From assembly GCA_051599415.1 (NCBI GenBank), contig AP039692.1, positions 62,001 through 126,000 of the forward strand: DNA of 64,000 nt, given 5' to 3'. Below are positions 1-11,060 of this stretch, in pieces. The translations under genes were made by a program, and so were the position numbers. A model generated the notes under the pieces. It worked only from the letters and a program-made list of their open reading frames with translations. It made no database searches and had not been told where the DNA came from. How positions within the stretch are numbered: position 1 is the first letter of the stretch; each line of letters starts with the position of its first letter. This DNA is from Savitreella phatthalungensis (lineage: Eukaryota).

Positions 1-2
1 GG

Positions 3-635
3 GCGCTCAACCATCCATACCTGGCAGTCTGGCACGACCCTGCAGAAGAACCCGATTGCCCATCGACGTTCGACTTTGGCTTTGAGCATATAGATGACTT
101 GGGAGCTATGCGTCAAATGATATGGGACGAGGTGGTCGATTTCCGCGCTTTGGTCAGGAATCTGCCACTTCCGTCGTTGCAGCAGCAGCAGCATCAGCAT
201 CAGACATTGGCGCCAGCCGTGCCTTCGTCACAGCTACCACGACCACAAACTGCAGGAGGAGCCTTCGCCGGCAGTACAGGATCTGCTCCAGACTTTGGCA
301 GCTCGATATCTGCTCCAAGCTCTGTGGCGGAACCGCCACAAACATACAACCCGTATCGACAGCAGCAACAGTGCAGCGCGATGCATAGTACTGGATACGC
401 AGGTAATGCGAGCCAGCCAGGCTCTGCAAGTAGGGGCCCCCGATCGCAGCTGACCCGTGGAGTGGAGGCGTCGGTTGGCCGGCACAGCAGCATCGGCAAC
501 GGTGCAGAAGAGGATCAACCCATTCCCATGTCCGCGGACGAGGCAGCCGACATGCTAGCATCTCATTCGCACGAGGATGATCTGGAGGCTGTTCTGGCTG
601 GAGGCATGGATGCCCGCCGCGTTCGCGGAGCATAG
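3..635 (+). CDS. SLT2: 3' end of cell-wall-integrity MAP kinase (Slt2/Mpk1/Pmk1 type); 5' part lies outside the window
   Basis: Frame is open from base 3: ALNHPYLAVWHDPAEEPDCPSTFDFGFEHIDDLGAMRQMIWDEVVDFRALVR, the MAPK common-docking region typical of Slt2/MpkA, followed by a Q/S-rich tail. Confidence 0.85.
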   Translation, partial: ALNHPYLAVWHDPAEEPDCPSTFDFGFEHIDDLGAMRQMIWDEVVDFRALVRNLPLPSLQQQQHQHQTLAPAVPSSQLPRPQTAGGAFAGSTGSAPDFGSSISAPSSVAEPPQTYNPYRQQQQCSAMHSTGYAGNASQPGSASRGPRSQLTRGVEASVGRHSSIGNGAEEDQPIPMSADEAADMLASHSHEDDLEAVLAGGMDARRVRGA

Positions 636-683
636 TTCGACAGGTCTCGGACCAAGACCTGATGATAGGATAGACGTATTTAA

Positions 684-1253
684 TCAACGCCTGGCCCGTA
701 CCGTGCCAGGTTGCCACGGTTCAGGTGTCCAGTCTCCCTTTTCATCCTTGGTGCCGGGAGGTTGCAACCGTCCACCGGCCTCTTCTTCCACCGTGGACGT
801 CTCCAGCTGCGTCGGGGTCTTCCTATCGGCCTCAGCCTGCGTGCTTGTTTCCCGAGCAGGCTGATCAAGCTGTTTCGCAGCTGGTTGACTCTCAAGCGCG
901 ATCAGTCGATCGCGCTCCGCTTCCCACTTGTCACTGAGCTCTTGTGCGCGTACCCGAGCGTGTTGAATGCGCGCTACTTCAGCTAAGAGCTCTTCTTCGG
1001 TTGGAGCTTTGTCACGCGTGTAGCGCAACCAGCCCATGAAGCCTGGTGTGACAGCATTGTCCGTGTATCCACCATCGTTGACGTACTTCACAGTCCGACG
1101 CATACGTGACGGGGTCAGCGGATTGTACGACTCCCAATAGGTATTGCCTTCCAGATCATAACCCCTGAAAAAGCGACGCCGCCAGGGTAAGTTCCATGAT
1201 CTGTAAGCGTAGTAAGCACGCGCAACTAATCCTGGCGTGTATGCCTGCTTCAT
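684..1253 (-). CDS. NDUFA12/NDUFAF2-family complex I assembly factor
   Basis: LPWRRRFFRGYDLEGNTYWE, GWLRYTRDKAPTEEEL and C-terminal W.PEPW.P motifs. Confidence 0.8.
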   Translation of the reverse strand: MKQAYTPGLVARAYYAYRSWNLPWRRRFFRGYDLEGNTYWESYNPLTPSRMRRTVKYVNDGGYTDNAVTPGFMGWLRYTRDKAPTEEELLAEVARIQHARVRAQELSDKWEAERDRLIALESQPAAKQLDQPARETSTQAEADRKTPTQLETSTVEEEAGGRLQPPGTKDEKGDWTPEPWQPGTVRARR

Positions 1254-1477
1254 CGAAGTATCGAGTCGTGACGTACGTGCACTACTCGGTTCGACCTTAA
1301 TTTATTTCACGCTGACAGAAATTTGACGAATCATGTGTAGCAGTTGACGAGTGCATGCAGCGAGAGTTCATTCGTACATGGAAAGGGCAGTTCGTACGTA
1401 TGAAATGTGGACTAGATTAAAAGCTTCAGCGTGCCGCAGGAAGAGGAGGACGACGAGGAGAACTTGCCAGCCCATGC

Positions 1478-3394
1478 TTATGATGCACTTTGCTGTGCTC
1501 TTGCTGCCTGAGCGATAGTGGCCATACGTTGTGCAAGATCCGGGTATTTGCGTTCCAGCTCGAGCTGTGTGCGAGTGGCCTCAGCATACGACAGAGCATT
1601 GACAATCTCGGGCTCAGTTCGTGCGACCTGAGCGGATTTCTCGAAGTACTGCAAAGCGTCCCGAGCCTTGCCTTGTGTTAGGAGGAATTGCGAAAGGGTT
1701 GCGAGCGCAACGTCGCTCTCGTCGTCCAACATCAAGGCACGTCTGCACAGCTCTTCCGCCTGAGCGATATCTTTCTTCCATTGGAAGACCGCCAGGGCTT
1801 TATTGATGAGCGGCATGACATTCTGTTGCCGCAGATTGTCTGCAAGTGAAGCTGTGGACATTGATGCTGATAGCGAATCGGAAGTATTGGTTTGAGTTCC
1901 GCCGCGCTCAAGCGCGATTGCTTGGTCGAACTTGTCAATGGCCTCTTCAAACTTGCCCTGGTCGAGCAACAACTCTCCGTAGTAGTTGAACACTTCTGCG
2001 CTATTCGGGAATCGCGAAATACATCTGCGGAATGTCGACATGGATGCCGAAATAGACCCTAACTTGTACTGAGCCACACCAAGCTGGATGTGCGAGAAAA
2101 CAAAGGATGGATCGAGCTCGATACTTTTCTGATAGTCTTTGGCGGCGGCTGAGAACTCCTGCACGATGAAGTTGCATTGTCCTCTGTGGTAATAAATGTC
2201 CGGATCTTCCGCATTGATCTCAATGGCAGTACCGAAATCTCGGAGAGTCGCATCCCTGTCATTTAGCTCCATATGCATGCTCGCACGCTTGACATACGAG
2301 TTTGTCATTTGAGGGCTGAGCTCGATTGACCGGTCAATCTCCCGGAGGGCAGACTCGACATCTGCACGAACGAATTTGAATGTTGCGCTCGTATTGAGTG
2401 CAAGAGCCTCGAGTTCTGAGCTGCTGAAAGCCTTGCCTTCTGTGACTGCCAGATGTTCGACTGCCTGCTTGTATTGGCGGCGCGCTATCGCATCGAGGGC
2501 TCGCTTCAAGTGAACATCGCCTTTGCTTTCATCAGTCGAGGTGATCACAGGGGGAGTTCGCGGGCGGAAAGCATCAAGATAGGCTGAGACGAAGGAGTGT
2601 GATGGCATCCTCGAAGATCGGTCTTTCAGCATTTCCTGCGCCTTTGCCTCGGCAATCTTCTTCAGGAGACGCTCAATGCCGTTAGTTGCGCTCACCGTTT
2701 CGAAGTTGTCCAGGATAGATGAGGCTGTGAGGTCGAGCAAGGCATCCTGGAGCCGCCCGACGTTCTCGTATGCATTCGCTCGCCTATTTAGTGCTTTAAC
2801 GTAGCTTGGATCGAGTTCTAGCGCGCGCGTCGTGTCGCGAATGACGCTCTCGTGGTCCTGCTTCGCAGCATGACAGGCCGCTCTATTGGAAAAATAGACT
2901 GGATCTGAGGGATAGACATCGATCGCTTTCGTGTAATATGCAATAGCGGTGGCGTGATCCTTCTTTGCGTACGCCGAATTACCGATCTTCTTGAGGCTGT
3001 CGGCGTGTGCTTTCTTCTCTGCACTTGTCGCTTTTGACAGATCTGGCGAGTTTGCCGTATTTGAAGGGGTCTCGTCCGACAGACTAGCGCTTGGAGGTGA
3101 AGGCTTTTTAGACTTCTTCTTCTTCTTCTTGCTTCCGGCTACCCCAGGCGAGCCGGAGGCCGACGGAGAAGCAGGCTCTTCTGAATCTGACGTCGATGTA
3201 GCGATCGACGTCTTCTCGCCAGCGATCGATCCGCCGCGAGCCCGAGGCTTTCTGCGGTTGTAGTAGTAAACAGAGCCTCCCGCGACAGTAACGACAAGCA
3301 CACCAGCAACTGTATAAACAACAGCTTTGTTCTCGGAAGTCCAGTTCGAGATCCGATCCCAGAGCGTTGGGCTCGTCACAACATCCTCAGCCAT
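1478..3394 (-). CDS. TOM70: Mitochondrial import receptor Tom70
   Basis: N-terminal TM anchor (AVVYTVAGVLVVTVAGGSVYYY), K-rich linker, many TPR repeats (PVYFSNRAAC, YVKALNRRANAYE, DIYYHRGQ). Confidence 0.95.
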   Translation of the reverse strand: MAEDVVTSPTLWDRISNWTSENKAVVYTVAGVLVVTVAGGSVYYYNRRKPRARGGSIAGEKTSIATSTSDSEEPASPSASGSPGVAGSKKKKKKSKKPSPPSASLSDETPSNTANSPDLSKATSAEKKAHADSLKKIGNSAYAKKDHATAIAYYTKAIDVYPSDPVYFSNRAACHAAKQDHESVIRDTTRALELDPSYVKALNRRANAYENVGRLQDALLDLTASSILDNFETVSATNGIERLLKKIAEAKAQEMLKDRSSRMPSHSFVSAYLDAFRPRTPPVITSTDESKGDVHLKRALDAIARRQYKQAVEHLAVTEGKAFSSSELEALALNTSATFKFVRADVESALREIDRSIELSPQMTNSYVKRASMHMELNDRDATLRDFGTAIEINAEDPDIYYHRGQCNFIVQEFSAAAKDYQKSIELDPSFVFSHIQLGVAQYKLGSISASMSTFRRCISRFPNSAEVFNYYGELLLDQGKFEEAIDKFDQAIALERGGTQTNTSDSLSASMSTASLADNLRQQNVMPLINKALAVFQWKKDIAQAEELCRRALMLDDESDVALATLSQFLLTQGKARDALQYFEKSAQVARTEPEIVNALSYAEATRTQLELERKYPDLAQRMATIAQAARAQQSAS

Positions 3395-3805
3395 GTCGAT
3401 GGCAGGACCAACAGGATTGGCTTATCTTCTATGCGTCTTGTAAGTCTATTTGTGCTCCTCGATGTTGCCGTCATTCATTCTTCGTACGTACGCTCTGGGG
3501 TTGGATGAAACTTTTTTTTTTTCCGTCGTTCATTTGGCACAGCAGCTGCTTATGCTGAAAGCTCTTACGACAGCGACCAGAATATTGCAGTTGGTCTGTA
3601 GCTAAGAAAAGGCTAAGACACGCATCAGAATCAGAGCTCTGGACAACGAAAGATCAGATCGAGAGCTCAACATGCACTGTAGTCACGGACGACAGTGATA
3701 GAGAGAGAACGTGATGTATAAGAGACAGCAGACCATTTGTCAGGACATGAGGCATGAGAGATTCGTACAATAGTCATTAATGTCAAACGGCAGATGTAGC
3801 CATCA

Positions 3806-4765
3806 TCACGCGTAGAGTGTTTGTGCGGAGATATGTTGTTGAGCCTCATCGGTAAGCAATTCTCCCGGTTCGTTGAATAATCTGCTCCTCTCCACAGCTT
3901 TTGTGACGATGTTGACGTCCAGTCTGATACCCTTCTGATCCAGAAGCGTCAGAACATTTCTAATTCGAGCAATCTCTTCGCGGACAGCGTGTGGTATTTC
4001 GGCGTTAGTGTTGCTGTAGATCGCTTCGCTGGCTTCCTGTGTAGTATTATTATGCGTGTTTGCAGAGCTATGTGACAGAGACGTGTCTGTCCTCATTGAA
4101 ATGAAGCAGTATCCATTCGTGCCGATGACGAGGTCGACGTCGCCAAGCTGTGCAGTCGATTGCTTTGCTCTGACCACATTCCCCGGGGATATCTTGACAA
4201 ATTGACCGTTTCGTAGCTTACCGTACTTGAGTGAGCGCGTGTGAAGGGAGACTGAACCATCGTTGAAGTAGGCTTGCACTTCTGCCAGGACAAGATCACC
4301 TTCTTGAAAGAATGTTCGCATCTGCAGCTCATCGGTGCCGGTCTTCCTACGCTGGATGCCTCCTGGCAGATTGATGCTTGCCAGCTGCAAAGTGGCATCA
4401 GTTCTGGCACCAATGTCGACTTTCCATTTCCTCAAGCCCACCTCGCGCACAATGCCAACGACCAGGTCGCCGATTTCTGGATTGAAGCGTGCCTTTATCG
4501 GCTGTACGCTGAGCAGCTTGTTGACACGGACGATTGAGCCAAGAACGCTTGCACGAACATCAGGTTCCTCACCATTTGCGTATGTACCATGACCTCGCAT
4601 GAACTGTTGGTCGCGTGTGATCGTCTCGCCTGGGACTGCCATCTTGACAGCGCCCTGCTGCACATCATCGGCAGTCAGATCCTCTCCATCTTTCAAGTCT
4701 GCAGTCGACTCGTGTGCCTCTCGTAAATCGAAACGTTCGGGCGCTCTGATTCGCAAAGCTACCAT
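3806..4765 (-). CDS. RRP4: Exosome cap subunit Rrp4 (S1/KH)
   Basis: PGETIT..QFMRGHGTY, PEIGDLVVG, INLPGGIQRRK, SLHTRSLKYGKLRNG; likely start is the ATG at 4765 (MVALRI). Confidence 0.93.
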   Translation of the reverse strand: MVALRIRAPERFDLREAHESTADLKDGEDLTADDVQQGAVKMAVPGETITRDQQFMRGHGTYANGEEPDVRASVLGSIVRVNKLLSVQPIKARFNPEIGDLVVGIVREVGLRKWKVDIGARTDATLQLASINLPGGIQRRKTGTDELQMRTFFQEGDLVLAEVQAYFNDGSVSLHTRSLKYGKLRNGQFVKISPGNVVRAKQSTAQLGDVDLVIGTNGYCFISMRTDTSLSHSSANTHNNTTQEASEAIYSNTNAEIPHAVREEIARIRNVLTLLDQKGIRLDVNIVTKAVERSRLFNEPGELLTDEAQQHISAQTLYA

Positions 4766-5180
4766 GCTGATTTGCCCCGAGTGAAGACAAACGAGCGATC
4801 TTCTTGCGGCCTCCAGGCGACTCGATCGATGGACCGTAGATGCCCGCAGTGCGCGAAAATATGTACAGAGTCGATGTGTACCTACGTATACTGTTTCTCC
4901 AAGTGCTGCATCTGGCGACAAAAAATCCTCAATTACAATGCATGTGTCAAACGCACTTGACCTGTGCCATCTGGTGCAAGTTTGTTCGAGCGCATGGTGA
5001 CCGGGCACCGATGCAAGCCCAGCTCGGGGCATACGGGAACGACAAGAAGCAAGCTCTAGGACAGGATTCGATACGAGCAGTGCGTCCTCCCCCGACGCGC
5101 CGAATGAGCTCAACTGGGCATTCACAGCCGTAATTAAGCGTTCGTAAACGTCATCGACCCGCTGCTCGTCCTCCTTTGTC

Positions 5181-5747
5181 ATGCCGCCAAGGACGGCCGC
5201 ACCATCGGTGCCGCTTCCGAAGTCCTACCGTCGCAAGTATATGAAACTCATGTCGAGGTTCGTTTCCTCGCAACGCAGCGTTGAGACTGTTGCGGAGACG
5301 CTGGAGCGATCCCAGGAGACCGCGCTTAGGCTCGAAGCTGAGCTAAACTATTTACTGGACACGTTGTATGAGCTCGACGCCCGCAAGTATGATGAGGTAC
5401 TAGAACTTTCGAAGCTTGATAAGATCATTCAGCGAGATGCTTCGATGGCCGAAGTCGACGGGGCATCTCTGAAAGATCTTGAGACGCCGGCCTATTTCTC
5501 CGACCTGCCATGGAATCTCGATCGCGATGCGATGACCGGCTCCTTTTTGGAGGACTCGAAACTGTTCGCTGCCATGCAGGCTGCTTCTGATGGGAGCTCG
5601 CGTCCATCAGATGCGATTGCGACCACTCAAGCAAGTGCAACTGCTTCTTCTGCCACTCCTGTCGCAACTACAAGCACAAGAAAGCGCGATCGCAATGGCT
5701 CTCCTGCGATCGAGATCGATCACAGCAGCAAGAAAAGACGGTCGTGA
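5181..5747 (+). CDS. INO80 complex subunit Iec3-like
   Basis: KSYRRKYMKL...coiled coil...LLDTLYELD matches the IEC3 family N-terminus; basic C-terminal NLS. Confidence 0.65.
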   Translation: MPPRTAAPSVPLPKSYRRKYMKLMSRFVSSQRSVETVAETLERSQETALRLEAELNYLLDTLYELDARKYDEVLELSKLDKIIQRDASMAEVDGASLKDLETPAYFSDLPWNLDRDAMTGSFLEDSKLFAAMQAASDGSSRPSDAIATTQASATASSATPVATTSTRKRDRNGSPAIEIDHSSKKRRS

Positions 5748-6904
5748 ATGTCTTCCTCGCTTTTTGGCAGGTCTACTGATTGGCGCTACAGTTTGTCGGA
5801 CTTTTATGCTTATTGCTCTTATGCTTTGTGCAGACCAATTGCGGCGCAACTATTGGGAAGAGCCTGTCAGTGCTCGCCACACGATTCAAGCTATACGATC
5901 TCGATGCACTCTCGGCTTTGCCACTTGAAGAATAAAGCCGATACCGAAGTTGCTGCAACCCAACTGAACATGCTAATTTGATGGTGTGCAACTGCAGATT
6001 GTCGTAGACATGCCTCAGAAAGTATGATTCATGACACGGATCAGGATCAGCTTCACAATGACATCAGACTGAAGCGCGTTGCTGCTACTGCAATCTCGGC
6101 GCGACTGCTTCTGCTCTACCGAAGTCGTCAAAAACACGTCAAAATCTCGCCCAATTCGTCGCACAGTCTGCTTTCAAGTGTACATATGCTGCTCTCTGAG
6201 TACAAATCACCTTCGCTGACGCTTTGAGGGAACCATTATCAATTTCCAGCTCGTGCATGATCCTCCACCAGCAACTCCTCCTGAAATTGGACCGACTGAA
6301 TCTTGCCTGAATGACCGGAGGTGCTCTTACCTGATTCAATATAGACAGGTCAATGATTGTTACGCTGTACGGAAATCAACCGAAAGAGCCGCTGATAAGA
6401 TCAAGACAGCTCCTCCAATTTGCTGAATGGTGAGGACGTTGATCAATGATGGTTGAATGAGAGTGAATCTGAGCAAAGTCAGAAGTTTTGCAAACATCCT
6501 TGAATCTCTTCCAGTCGTCTTCAGATACAAATTTAAAGAGCGTGGAGAATAGATGAGTGCAAGCATTAATGCACCAAATCAGATCAAATCAGGATTCGGA
6601 TTTTCTGGGCTATTGTGAAGCCATAAGCCTCTTATCAATCAATCGTACTTTCAATTGTATCCAGAGACGCCCACACGCAAGCACACGCGCACTCGTATCC
6701 TCACCTCTACTCAACTCTGAACTCAATAACGCCCTCTACGCAAGCGCTCGCTGTTTGCACAGACATCGCTTTGTTCAGACGCACGGTTCAGTATTCGGTC
6801 TACAAATAGCCCGGGTCTTCTCTCGGACGCTCACAAGAGGTCTGGGGCTATCACGATTACCGACTTCGGCCACGAGAGCATTTACTGAAAGTACAAAGTC
6901 AATC

Positions 6905-8323
6905 ATGGAGATCATCTTTCAGGGTCAATCAATGCGACTGAACGAAGGCGAGTCATTTCATGTCTATCGCGCTTCCCCTCCGGAACGGCGTAACAGAGTG
7001 GTCGGTGATCCCACTGCATGGATATTTGATAACACCACGCTTTCAGCCGTCCATGCTACCATCAACCTCGTTGATCAGGACTTTGTCATCTTCGACGAGC
7101 ATTCTCGTCACGGTGGAGAAGTCATTCACCGTGCAAACGGCAAGGTTGAGCGCATCACTACAAGTTCAGGCGTCACACTCAAAGACGGCGATATTTTGAA
7201 GCTCGGGAGCGATCACGTTTGGCAACGCAATCAAAAGCTGAAGGCTGTCACTGGTGTCGTTACAATTCGAGCAGCGAACTCCGACATGCTTTCCTCGTCT
7301 ACTCGGCCAGGCTGGAACGGCGGGCTGTCTGAAGACGCTGCAGTTCGCTTCACGTACGGACTCACCGGGAGCGACGCCGGTGATCAGTACGAATCAACCG
7401 AGACTAAACCAAGCGGCAGAAAACCCACTGAAGATGCTGAATCATACATTGCCACGCCCAGCGGCAGCGAGATCAGTGACGAGAACCAGGAGTTGCAGGA
7501 GTCAACGGACAATTCCCAATCCCCAACTCAAAGACTCAACTCAAGTAAGGCTGCTATCGACAAAAAAGCTGCGACGAAAATCAGTTCAGCAGAACCCGGT
7601 TTTGCAGTGAACATATCAAAGTGTCAAGACAGCCACAGGAAGTCACAGACTCAGCCGGGCTATGGCGTCGATACTACTGACGATGTACCGAACGCCAAGG
7701 CCTCCGTCGTGCAATCTGCTCCACATATTAGCGCAAACGCCTCTACTCAACATGAAACGCCTACATCCGCAAAGCTTGATGGGATCTATAAGACCAACGA
7801 CAACGGAGACATCATCAGCACCATTCACACTGAAGCTGATGTTATCAACTCGCGGTTCGATCATATTGAAGACGAATTAGAAGGAATGGCAATCGCGCTC
7901 TCTGATCTGACAAAGATCTTTCACGGCTTCGGCGCCGATCAAACATGTTTCCATGAGGGCTTTTCCGAGGCTATCGATAGTCTTGGTGAAGAGCTCTGTA
8001 ACATGCAGGAACAATGGCACGAGCGAGTCCATGCAGGCGGACTCGAACAAAAGCTTGCTCGGGCTGAATCAGAGCGCGACGCTGCCCGAAAAATGTTGGA
8101 CCGACTGGCTTTGTCGATGCCGACAAAGCGCTCGCTCGACGAGACAACAGCATGTGAAGCAGCTTATGTATCACAAGAGCCGCAGCGCAAAGTTCAAAAG
8201 ACCGGACAATCCATTCCGACCGGTAAATCTCTTTCCTGGCGCCAAGCCGCCACTTTGTTCACAGGTGGTTTCTTGGTCGGCACTTCCGCAATCATTGGTG
8301 GATTGGCGACTTATGGAGCTTAG
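6905..8323 (+). CDS. FHA-domain, coiled-coil, tail-anchored membrane protein
   Basis: FHA-like IFDNTTLSAVHA..FDEHSRHG..LKDGDILKLG; coiled coil; C-terminal TM (LFTGGFLVGTSAIIGGLATY); start taken at ATG 6905. Confidence 0.7.
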   Translation: MEIIFQGQSMRLNEGESFHVYRASPPERRNRVVGDPTAWIFDNTTLSAVHATINLVDQDFVIFDEHSRHGGEVIHRANGKVERITTSSGVTLKDGDILKLGSDHVWQRNQKLKAVTGVVTIRAANSDMLSSSTRPGWNGGLSEDAAVRFTYGLTGSDAGDQYESTETKPSGRKPTEDAESYIATPSGSEISDENQELQESTDNSQSPTQRLNSSKAAIDKKAATKISSAEPGFAVNISKCQDSHRKSQTQPGYGVDTTDDVPNAKASVVQSAPHISANASTQHETPTSAKLDGIYKTNDNGDIISTIHTEADVINSRFDHIEDELEGMAIALSDLTKIFHGFGADQTCFHEGFSEAIDSLGEELCNMQEQWHERVHAGGLEQKLARAESERDAARKMLDRLALSMPTKRSLDETTACEAAYVSQEPQRKVQKTGQSIPTGKSLSWRQAATLFTGGFLVGTSAIIGGLATYGA

Positions 8324-8762
8324 TCAATCATAGCCATTCGTTCTCCCTTTGAATCAGTTGAAGGCTCATCGTAACCAATGCTTCGGTCGACTCACTTGCT
8401 GAGAAGAGGCGCTCGTGCATCCTTTGCGTTCTACGGTTCACGTCTTCATATGATTTCAATCAATATATTCATTCGATCATGTACGTTGGCTGTATCATCG
8501 ATACTAGCTAGCGTGAAATGCACGCCATTTCACGATCTGGATATCCAGGCATCTCCAGCGGTTTTTCCAAGACAGCCGGAAAGTGTCCGGCTATCAACGA
8601 CGCGCAATAAGCACACCTGGGAAATTGCATGGTGCAGCAGATTTAAGTACATCACGCCTTGTCGAGCTGCCCTTGCTCCCAGACGTTCGTATCCATACTG
8701 GCCTATCGATCTGCGAAGAATGATTTGACAACAGACAAGTCTCACGGCCACCCGTTGTAGTC

Positions 8763-10172
8763 ATGAACAACGCGCCGCCCGCGTTTGTTGACAGTCTTCT
8801 GGAGAAATGCTTATCGGCGCTCTTGTTGTCACTCGGCTATTCGTCTGCTGAGCCCGAAGCGCTCCGCATTCTCCGCAAACTCTGGCTCGACCGTCTGCAT
8901 GTCCTTATTGAGCGCTGTCTTACATTTGCTAAGACATCTCGTCGCAATCGACCAACAATCGATGACACCGAACTAGCATGCCTTATGGAAGGCGTGTCAT
9001 TCAATGACGCCTTGATGGCGGAATTGGCGCGCTATGACGATCAGGAAACCGCTCGAAGCATTGTGCACGCAGTGTCTGAAGTTGCAACGATGGCAGAAAA
9101 GGTTGCGCCCGGTTTCGAGAATCACATGGATCGTCGCTTACATAACGCGCTAGTGGGACCGGAGCTACAGGGCAAAGCCATGGGGGTGCCGGAATATATG
9201 GAACGAGGTATGGTGTTGCCAGCTCTCCCTCCTCTATACGCGCACAAAGCATCTGCTCTCGTGAAGACACGCAATGATCTCCCGCTTTCGACACGAGAGA
9301 GGCTTACGACCGTTTCAGTGCAGGTCAGCGAGGCCTTGGCACGACTCGATCGGGTTGCGAAAGAGTCGCGTAAAACGATCAGCCGAGAGCAAAAACGCCG
9401 GAAGCGTGAAGCAAGGGAAGCAGAGGCCGCTTCAAAACAACGACGTTCGCCAAGCACCTTAGAAGACAAAGCTGGGCCAGTTTCTAACTGGACTGAGCAT
9501 GTGACGAAAAATCCCGAGCGCGATATGAAGGGCGAACCTGAGAGTCAGCATGCCGAAGTGAAGTTTGAGCCTGAGATCGACAATGGTGGGACCGAGATCG
9601 AGGACGTCTCGATGAGATCGCCAGATCGTCCTGCTCAGAGTCCATCCAGGAGCGAGTCTTCTGATGATATGCCATTAGCGCAGCGGCCGAGTCTGATCGT
9701 AAAGCTCAAGCTTTCCGGTCCAGTCAAGTCATCTTTCCTAGATCCGGATTCTCGCGACGCAGGAGTGACTGATTTGCTGGCAAGCGGTCAGCAAGTCGAA
9801 GACGAAGGCAATGACCCTGACGAAGAAGACGATGATGAGGGAGCCCCTGAAGTCGGAGCATTGACGCGTCGCAGCTCCGTCGCAGATGCTGAAGACGACG
9901 ACGAGCCAGACAATGATGGAAAGCCAGTTGACGATGATGAAGATAATGAAGAAGAAGAGGAGGAAGAAATCTCGGCATCACTAAGGGAACCCGAGGAGTC
10001 TGTGCGTGCACGCGAAACTCGTCTCATACAGCAGGAGAAGGATCGGCGAAAGCGGTCGAGAGTGCTCAAACGCGCATTGCGGGAGATGGGATATCTCCCC
10101 AAGCAATCAGAGAAAGTGGACGAGCCGCCATCAGATGCGCTACAGAAACAGGCGAGTGTTTTCGTCAAGTGA
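8763..10172 (+). CDS. TAF8: TFIID subunit Taf8-like (bromodomain-associated histone fold)
   Basis: ALLLSLGYSSAEPEAL..FAKTSRRNRPTIDD histone fold, then LPALPPLYAHK; long acidic C-terminal region. Confidence 0.7.
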   Translation: MNNAPPAFVDSLLEKCLSALLLSLGYSSAEPEALRILRKLWLDRLHVLIERCLTFAKTSRRNRPTIDDTELACLMEGVSFNDALMAELARYDDQETARSIVHAVSEVATMAEKVAPGFENHMDRRLHNALVGPELQGKAMGVPEYMERGMVLPALPPLYAHKASALVKTRNDLPLSTRERLTTVSVQVSEALARLDRVAKESRKTISREQKRRKREAREAEAASKQRRSPSTLEDKAGPVSNWTEHVTKNPERDMKGEPESQHAEVKFEPEIDNGGTEIEDVSMRSPDRPAQSPSRSESSDDMPLAQRPSLIVKLKLSGPVKSSFLDPDSRDAGVTDLLASGQQVEDEGNDPDEEDDDEGAPEVGALTRRSSVADAEDDDEPDNDGKPVDDDEDNEEEEEEEISASLREPEESVRARETRLIQQEKDRRKRSRVLKRALREMGYLPKQSEKVDEPPSDALQKQASVFVK

Positions 10173-10221
10173 GCACGCCGCCACGTCTATACGAGACCTT
10201 CAGCTATCATTGACTGCTGCT

Positions 10222-10809
10222 ATGTCTTTCACTAGTAGAGCAAGCACAATCATCGCCCCAAAAGCTGGCGATCCTGTTGCTTGGGTCTACGACCAGATGT
10301 CTTCTGCCAAAGGCTACGCAAAGAGCGTACTACTATCCAACGTAACGGCCAAGTGTGACATCAAGCAAGTCTCAATGATGACTTTGCGGGAATTTGTCGC
10401 ACAGGACTCTCTTGGAAAGAACCCCGGCCAAACGATGGCGCTCCTGAAAACGGCCAAACTAGTCAATCTTCTCGAAGATCAAACGGAGCATACTGTGATG
10501 CATTTAAATATCATCGAAACCTTCTCCTGGTTCGGAGGGACTCGAGAGATTGTGGTCGCAGGTCAAGTCTTCTTGCATGCGCGTGCTCGCTTACACCTAG
10601 AGCGGCGGGAAACCGTGTCCAACGCTCCTGCTGCTGTCTATACCTGGAAGCTCCGGAGCTTTCGGGCGCAAGGTCTGCTAGTCTGCATCGATGAGGTCGT
10701 CGAGGGTCGGACGGCTTCGATTTATAGGAAGGTGACGGAAAACACCGCCCGCGCTCGTCACAAAGATGCTGTTGATCGTTATGCAGGTTGGCTGGGAGAG
10801 ACAGAATGA
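10222..10809 (+). CDS. Hypothetical protein, tandem paralog A (195 aa)
   Basis: ATG at 10222; shares MSFTS start and WK(L/V)R.F..I.E..EG.T..I.R..TE..AR..H with the next gene. Confidence 0.7.
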   Translation: MSFTSRASTIIAPKAGDPVAWVYDQMSSAKGYAKSVLLSNVTAKCDIKQVSMMTLREFVAQDSLGKNPGQTMALLKTAKLVNLLEDQTEHTVMHLNIIETFSWFGGTREIVVAGQVFLHARARLHLERRETVSNAPAAVYTWKLRSFRAQGLLVCIDEVVEGRTASIYRKVTENTARARHKDAVDRYAGWLGETE

Positions 10810-11060
10810 CACAGCCAAGCCAAATTTGTGGTGGGGCTCCTCCTTGCGACACTTTAATTCGATATATGTGCGGCTGATGCTCTCAACACAAACGTTAGAG
10901 CAATTGATTAATCCATTGAAATTGATTGTGATCAATTTGGATCGCGCTTCTTGAGGCCTTCATGTCGCGATGAGGCCGTCGAAGCTATTCCTCTCATGAA
11001 CGGACTTGACGAGCCTGAGCTCTTGTGACTGTCAGAAAGCGCTCGACAGCCTTTTGCACC

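Noticed and set aside
4766..5182. 139-codon N-terminal extension of the RRP4 ORF, suggesting a fusion
   Set aside because: Starts at a non-ATG codon, has no recognisable domain and spans the divergent promoter; Rrp4 similarity begins at ATG 4765.
5750..6900. Short hydrophobic ORFs between the IEC3-like and FHA genes, possibly a transporter remnant
   Set aside because: I could not build a consistent spliced model or recognise a family.
9788..10168. Antisense Ser-rich ORFs here and opposite many other genes
   Set aside because: Shadow ORFs produced by codon bias and acidic tracts on the coding strand.
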